Origin: Eledone cirrhosa
Taxonomy: Eukaryota
Length of the DNA stretch: 64,000 bases
Direction: 5' to 3'
Assembly: GCA_964016885.1 (NCBI GenBank)
Contig: OZ024741.1
Coordinates: forward strand, 288,920,001 to 288,984,000
Shown here: positions 56,471 through 64,000 of the stretch, one piece after another
How positions within the stretch are numbered: position 1 is the stretch's first letter
Layout: every line of letters begins with the position of its first letter
The notes under the pieces: generated by a model
Seen by the model: the letters and a program-made list of their open reading frames with translations, nothing else
Database searches by the model: none
Told to the model about the DNA's origin: nothing
Position numbers and translations under genes: made by a program

Positions 56471-56773
56471 ATATTCATCTTTTTCCATTTCTCTGAGGGT
56501 TCTAAACCCCACTATCAATGTCTTTAGTAAAAAATACGGTGAAAGGTTATATTTCTAATTTATATATATATATATATATATATATAATAATGTAAATCAG
56601 AGTTTTTCGAATATTAATAATAATATTCGATTCGTTTCCAATTATGCACTATTTGTTATATATATATATTCAGTTAAAAATATTTATTTTAAAATTATGT
56701 ACACTTAAAAATAATTTTTAAATAATTAAAATATACACAGACGTGCATATAATGTAAAATTAAATTAAAAGGC

Positions 56774-56823
<50 letters not shown>

Positions 56824-57612
56824 CTGTGTGTGTGTGTACATATATATATATATGTATGTGGGTGTCTTTGATCTATCTACACTGCTCACACACACACATA
56901 CACACAAACACACACACACATATATATATATACACACAAACTTAGAAACCCTTCCTATTTAGCAGGAAATATTCGCTACACACATCGTGTCCTGACTCAA
57001 GTTATATGATAAATATGACTTAATATTCAGTCACCAAATTCAAGCTAGATACAGTAATGCTGTATTCGATTCTTTGAAGTCACCTGTTATAATTTCATTC
57101 AACAACACTATCAAGCTCTCTCTTCCATTTTCCTTCTCTGTCTCCTTCTCTCTCTATATATATGTCTCTCTTTTAATCTACACTCTCACAACCACATTCT
57201 CTTTCTCTCTATCTTTCCCTCTCTCAATTCATGAAGGTACCCGAAAAACACTGTATCTCGGGAACTCGTGCTCCGATTTACGCGAAACTTGTTTTATTCC
57301 ATTTGTATTCCCATTTCAGGAGAAATTTCCTTTCAAAGTATTTTCCCATTATGTGCCGTTTTGGCTTTATTAAAGTAAAGACAAGCACACAAACATAGAG
57401 TTTTAGTACTATATAGATATATATATCGCAGATATATATCTATGCATTTACAAGCACACATGTACATATATTTTTGCTCGAATGGAACCGAGTGCAGTTT
57501 GGTTCCATATGAGGTTAATATAAACAAGAATACACAAACAGGTAGGATAAACGTAATATACATGTCATTACACACTCAGATAAACAATTATATTATATTT
57601 TATTATATTATA

Positions 57613-57665
<53 letters not shown>

Positions 57666-57744
57666 GCACAATCAATCAGAAATTGATTTACATATTTACA
57701 TAGCATCACAGAATATGTACGTGGGTGCGTGTGTGTATTTGTGC

Positions 57745-57902
<158 letters not shown>

Positions 57903-57903
57903 T

Positions 57904-58037
<134 letters not shown>

Positions 58038-58045
58038 CATACATA

Positions 58046-58174
<129 letters not shown>

Positions 58175-58211
58175 ATATATATATATACATACATATATAT
58201 GTATATATATG

Positions 58212-58251
<40 letters not shown>

Positions 58252-58277
58252 CATATATATATGTGTATATATATATG

Positions 58278-58334
<57 letters not shown>

Positions 58335-58345
58335 GTATATATATG

Positions 58346-58379
<34 letters not shown>

Positions 58380-58409
58380 CATACATATATATATGTGTAT
58401 ATATATATG

Positions 58410-58503
<94 letters not shown>

Positions 58504-58521
58504 TATATACATGTTATGTTT

Positions 58522-58569
<48 letters not shown>

Positions 58570-58846
58570 GAAAATCACACAAAATCACACACAAACATAC
58601 TCATATATACATAATACATATATATATAGATATATGAAAAGTTTTGCATGTATTAATGTATGTGTATGCATGTACATATGTTTGTATATGCATGTATGCA
58701 TGTATGTATGTTTTTATGTATATGTATATGCACTTATGCATGTATATATGTGTGTCTTAAATATGTATGAATAAGTGTATGTGTGTCGTTATGTATGTAT
58801 GTAAATAAATAAATATATATATATATATGTGTGTATGTGTGTGTGT

Positions 58847-58960
<114 letters not shown>

Positions 58961-60559
58961 ATATGTATCTATGTATAAAATTAAATATAATATATTTGTC
59001 TGTGTACGACATTAATTAAGAAATAAGAAAATCATCAGAGATGTAAAGATCAAAGTTAGATGAGATCGCTTTATTAATATATTTTAATTAAGATAGGTCT
59101 TTGTAAAAATCCTAGTTGAACCTCCTACTATGTTTATTATATGTGTTTCTATATATATGTGTCTGTGTATATATGTATGTGGGTGAGTACGTGTGTAGTG
59201 TACTACAAAGGCATTGTGCATGAGAGTGTGATAGTATTGACGTGTGTGTGTGTGTGCTTTGTTGACGTGTGTGTGTGTTTGTGTTGATGTGTGTGTGTGT
59301 GTGTATGTGTGTGTGTGTGTGTGTTTGGGTTGGTGTATGTATGTGTTGGTATTGGTGTGTGTGAGTTGGTATTTGTGTGTTGTTGTGTGCGTATATGTAT
59401 GTGTATATATTACAAATTGTGCATTGTGTGAGTGTGTTTCTATTGTTGTGTGTGTGTGTTGGTGTTTGTGAGTATGTGTTTGTATTGTTGTGTGTGTATG
59501 TTTGTAATTGTATTTGTGAGTGCGTGTTGGCGTTTGTTTGTTTGTGTTGGTGCATGTGTTTGTGTTAGTGTGTGTGAACATGTGTTTGTATTGGTTTGTT
59601 TGTGAGAGTATATGTGCGATAGTATGTGTGAATATGTGCATACCATATATATATGCGTGTGACCTTGTGTGTGTTTATATGTTTGACTGTGTATGTGGAT
59701 GCATCTTTGGGTGTGTATGCGTTTGTGTAAGTGTGGTTGGTTATGTATGTGTATATGTAGTTCTGTTTGTGAATGTTTGTATGTTAGTTTGTTTTCTATG
59801 TATGGGAGGCGGAGGAGGAGAGACTCGAATATGTGGTGGTGGTGGGGGGGGGGGAGTAACGGTGGTGCCAGTGGTGGTGGTGGAAGTGGTGGTAGTGGTT
59901 GTGGTAGTAATTGTGTTGGAAGTGATGGTTGTATCGGTGGTGGTGGTGATGGTGCTAGTGGTTATTGTGTGTTGTACTGGTGAGTGGTGGTTGTTGTAGT
60001 GTTGGTCGTGATGGTGGTGGTAGAAGTGGTTGTGGTAACGGTGACGGTGGTGGTAGTAATTGTATTGGAGGTGTTGGTTGTAGCAGTGGTGGTGGTGGTG
60101 GTGGTGGTGGTGGTGGTGGTGGTTAAGGTGGTGGTAATTGTATTGGATGTGTTGGTTGTAGCAGTGGTGGTGGTGGTAGTGGTGATTGCGTGCTGTACTG
60201 GTGAGTGGTGGTTGTTGTAGTGTTGGTCGTGATGGTGGTGGTGGTGGTGGTGGTGGATTTGGTGGTGTTTGTAGTTGTTTGGAAAATGAAAATGTTGGAG
60301 ATATTGGTTATTGTGTTTGTAACAATGGTCGTGGTGGTGATTATGTTGGTGGCATTGGTAATGGTGATTGTGGTGGTGGTAATGGTGATTGTGGTTGTAG
60401 CGGTAATGGTGGTTCTTGTGCTAGTGGTGGTTGTGGTGATTGTGATTGTAGTGGTGGTGGTGTTGTGACCAAGAGTGATTGCGATCATAGCGATAGTGGC
60501 TGTCGTAATGACTGTTTTTGTAGTGGTGGAAGTGGTGTCGTCAGATTGAACGGTCACCT

Positions 60560-61490
60560 CTCGGAACCGTTCAACAACTTGCGCTCAGTCCGCAAATTTG
60601 TCCCCACTCGTCCCTAATATATGGATTGACACTCGAGTCACTACTACACAAATTATAACGTTGATTGGCACTCCATAGAACCAGGATGCTGGAGATCCGT
60701 GTGGTGTCGAACACCAAACGCATTAAGATGATCGGAGCCGCTCTGAGAGAGTACGTAGCGGTAACAGGAGCAAGAATTAACCTTGAAAATCGGTGCACCT
60801 GCAGCTCATCTTCTGAAGAAGCAGGACCATACCGTCCAACACCGTAATCGGGCGTGGAAAGGATGGACAGTATAAATTGCCTGGAGTCTGGTTTGGTCCA
60901 GACAACCAACTGGCTAAAAACTGGGATGAGGTAACAAGCTGCGTGGTTCCTCTCACCCACGAATTGGATGTGAGGAAGCTATTTCTGAAAGTCGGGTAGA
61001 GATAGTGAAGGCGTACATCGAGTCAGTCATCTACTACCGCCTGACTGTCGCACCTTATCCTCGTTTATGCCTGATTGCACTGGAGCGTTTGTGCTTTCGC
61101 TTCTTGTGGAAAAGACGCGTACCAATGGTCAGCCGGTCCATTTGCTGTCAACACTCACTGCATGGAGCACTTGGCATGTTGTGCCTGATGTTGCGTGCGG
61201 GTGGCGAGCAAGATCCGAGTGAATGCATCTACGGTGTCTGTGTGCCTGTAATCTAGATAACAACTGTGAGAAGACACTTGCTCTTGTGAACAGAGTAACC
61301 GAGGCTTCTTGTGGGCTTTCGTGACGTTTGACCCTCACCGAGGTATTTGTTTTCGCTTGTTTGATTTTTGAAAGTGTATTTTTTATAATTTTTATCATAA
61401 TCTTTTTACACACAAAAACTCATACTATATTGTCCTTTGCCGTCTTTAAAGTTTTCCTCGTGTGAGACCTGTGTGGATAACATAGAAATT
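60560..61490 (+). mobile_element. Decayed Tx1/L1-clade LINE fragment
   Basis: IKMIGAALREYVAVTGARINLE, GVWFGPDNQLAKNWDEV and YYRLTVAP..LERLCFRFLWKRRVPMVSRSICCQH. Ends ctgtgtggataacatagaa-(ATT)n. Confidence 0.8.
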
Positions 61491-61499
61491 ATTATTATT

Positions 61500-61960
61500 A
61501 TCATCTTTAACTTTCTTTGAATTCTGTTATTTTCCATACAATATCAAGTGACAATCTGACACGGGAAGTAAAACTTTGTAATATGCACATTTTACAATTA
61601 ATGTTATACAAATGATGCAACACGGGTATAAACAATAAATGTCTTTATAAGGTTTTTAAATTCTCAGGAAATGGAGAGTGTCAGTCAGCACTATTCTGTA
61701 TCTCTTGTAGAGATGGGTTTCTAGGTATCTAGTCCAAATATTTTTCAGCTTCCGTTTCATCATTTCAAGTACCCTGACTCTCACAGATATTGTGCAGACT
61801 TTAAGATGACACCTTTTCTCGATTTCAACTGCTAGGTTTTTATGTTTACTAAACTTTCGAAATTCTTTTGAGGTGTTACGTTCTGATGTAATGCTCATGT
61901 TAATTAAGAAGCATGTTTTCTTTTTATGGTCCTTCACGATTATAGCAAGTCTAATGACCT
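61500..61960 (-). mobile_element. R4/Dong-like non-LTR element 3' fragment (restriction-like endonuclease region)
   Basis: KKTCFLINMSITSERNTSKEFRKFSKHKNLAVEIEKRCHLK resembles the RLE C-terminus. The 3' end abuts a TAA repeat. Confidence 0.65.
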
Positions 61961-61968
61961 TCATTTTC

Positions 61969-62012
<44 letters not shown>

Positions 62013-62085
62013 CAATCAGGGGTAACCACTGTAAGTAAGGTACTCACTCAATACATAGCAGAGTATAAATATTTAATATAGAAAT

Positions 62086-62135
62086 GGCTTCTACGGGACT
62101 ACAACTGTTTCATTCGGGAGAAATCATCATGAAGC

Positions 62136-62136
<1 letters not shown>
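62086..62136 (-). ncRNA. Family A hammerhead, core position 3 mutated
   Basis: Minus: ggcttc-ATGATGA-tttctcccgaat-GAAA-cagttgtagtcccg-TA-gaagcc. Helix I ggcttc/gaagcc covaries with agattc/gaatct of the 36104 copy. Confidence 0.65.
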
Positions 62137-62188
<52 letters not shown>

Positions 62189-62339
62189 CATACATACATA
62201 TATATATATACACACATATATATATATATATAATTACTTCAGTGTAATTACTTATTACGAAAGAACGAGCTCTCACTATGTAAACAGAAATAATGCGCAA
62301 GAGGTATTCCTCAATATTTCATAATTTACTTCTTTTATT

Positions 62340-62400
62340 ACCGTCATATATATATTTCGGTGATAGCCACAATTCAACAGCTATAAACTCTTCAGACAGT
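62340..62400 (-). ncRNA. Family H hammerhead relative, G at cleavage position (likely inactive)
   Basis: Minus: actgt-CTGAAGA-gtttatagctg..tggctatcacc-GAAA-tatatata-TG-acggt. Confidence 0.6.
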
Positions 62401-62498
62401 TAGAAGCAACACAATGAAGACAAAGTTTTTCTTGGGGTAAAACTTATATGAGAGAAAAGTAAAGCTTGATCTTATATTTGTGTTTAACATTTGTTATT

Positions 62499-62545
62499 AT
62501 CTCCGATGAATTTGGCCTTGTGCTCGGATGAAACGATCGTCAGTT
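62499..62545 (+). ncRNA. Hammerhead motif with CCGAUGA core variant
   Basis: ct-CCGATGA-atttggccttgtgctcggat-GAAA-cgatcg-TC-ag. Palindromic helix III ACGATCGT. Related to 42588. Confidence 0.6.
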
Positions 62546-62592
62546 ATTAAACGTTTGAAGGATTAAACACTTTTTGATTATCATTTACATTC

Positions 62593-62635
<43 letters not shown>

Positions 62636-62894
62636 TCAGCGATAAAACATGAGGAAAAGGGATAAGAGAAAGAAAGAAATATAAAGAATAGATTAAATGA
62701 AATTCTAAATTTTTAGAGAGATTTAATCTCAGATAAACAGCTGAACGACTCAAAAGATTGCCATTCTGTGCAGTAAATATACCATATCTGTTAGACACGC
62801 AATGACTAACAACAGAATGTTTTAAGTCTGCGTGTCTGACATATATGCGTAGCTTGTGAATAAAAAATTCAAGCGGTGTCGCTGGCCGTGGTGA

Positions 62895-63066
62895 TCACGT
62901 CTTATTGGCTAATTTCATCGTCTTATTGGCTAATGAACCAACGAGAGTAATTGTTGCTCAAAGGCATCCGCCATTTTGTTTGCACGTTTATTTATCGTTT
63001 CACTTTCGAATCTTCCTCCTGTACTTCGTCGTTTATCATCAAACTATTTTTCTCGTTATGGTAAGT
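62895..63066 (+). promoter_or_regulatory. Candidate Pol II promoter and first exon ending ATG|GTAAGT
   Basis: Two cgtcttattggctaat (reverse CCAAT) copies with ATTGG at 62904 and 62925. YY1-like ccgccatttt at 62968, ATG at 63058-63060 directly followed by consensus donor gtaagt. Confidence 0.4.
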
Positions 63067-63516
63067 TATATTGTTAATTTATATATGATTCTTAAAATTT
63101 ATATTAACTATTTTTTTTTCAGTTCGTTATAACAAGCTTATAATATTGGTTGTATCATATTTACTTGTATATTTGCCCATATTATTGTTCGTTTTATGTT
63201 AGATTATTTTATTATTATTATTATGTTAGATTATTTTTTTATTATTATGTTAGACTATTTGTATTTAATATTTAATTTTTATTAATTCAACTATAACAAT
63301 TATTATGTAAAATATATTTATTTAATATTGATTGTTTTTTGTAGTTGCTTATATTAAAAGTCTAAAAATATTTTTATACATCTTACAATAATATTTATAA
63401 GATCATTTATAAAATAACAATTATATAATCTAATTACATTACAACGATAATTTATTATTAATATATATCATGTTTAACTAGAGTTATTACAAGCGTTGCT
63501 TTAAAAAAAATATTAA

Positions 63517-63964
63517 ACTAGACCTGAAAAATGCGCAAGCTCAAAAGAGCCACAGAATGTTATAATAAACCTTTAAAAGTGTGGGTGGGACTATAGTTGT
63601 TGCTCAAAAATATTGTAATCATTATCTACGTACACTCTGTGGCATCCTTTTATAAAAAAGAGACACATAACGAACTCAAGACGACACGATAATTATTTAA
63701 GTGAATTTATAATATAGAATTCGGTTTAAGTGCATTTCGTATTAATCATTACTAAACATCTAATATGAGATATTGAACATTAGCTTAAATAATTATCGTG
63801 TCGTCTTGAGTTCATTATGAGTCTCTTTTTTATAAAAGGATGCCACAGAGTGTACGTAGATAATGATTACAATATTTTTGAACAACAACTCTAGTCTCAC
63901 ACTTTTGAAGGTTTATTATAACGTTTTGTAGCTCTTTTGAGCTTGCGCATTTTTCAGGTCTAGT
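63517..63964. repeat. Fold-back element with about 185-bp arms and an 82-nt spacer
   Basis: 63517-63701 versus 63784-63964 are diverged reverse complements with ends actag...ctagt. Confidence 0.85.
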
Positions 63965-64000
63965 AATATATATATATAGCAAAATGTTAGATGTATATGG

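Overview
AT-rich, microsatellite-saturated eukaryotic non-coding DNA. The SINE family and repeat landscape suggest an octopus/cephalopod genome, which is an inference. Nearly all listed ORFs are translation artefacts of (TA)n, (CA)n and trinucleotide tracts, and I found no intact host CDS. The unique-looking islands between microsatellites are mostly mobile-element remnants: CR1-, Tx1/L1-, RTE- and R4/Dong-like LINE pieces, tRNA-derived SINEs with TSDs, a non-autonomous Helitron, MITEs and Penelope-like (PLE) RT/GIY-YIG fragments. The main signal is about 22 minimal type I hammerhead ribozyme (HHR) motifs with intact cores (CUGANGA...GAAA...UH), plus about 10 core-variant or decayed copies, read by eye. 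They fall into more than 10 sequence families. They sit in short elements inserted in (TA)n, usually as head-to-head inverted duplications, and in two cases as tandem arrays (about 464 nt and 320 nt units) with one HHR per unit. This looks like a microsatellite-targeting non-autonomous PLE/retrozyme system. All folds were paired manually and none was tested computationally or biochemically.
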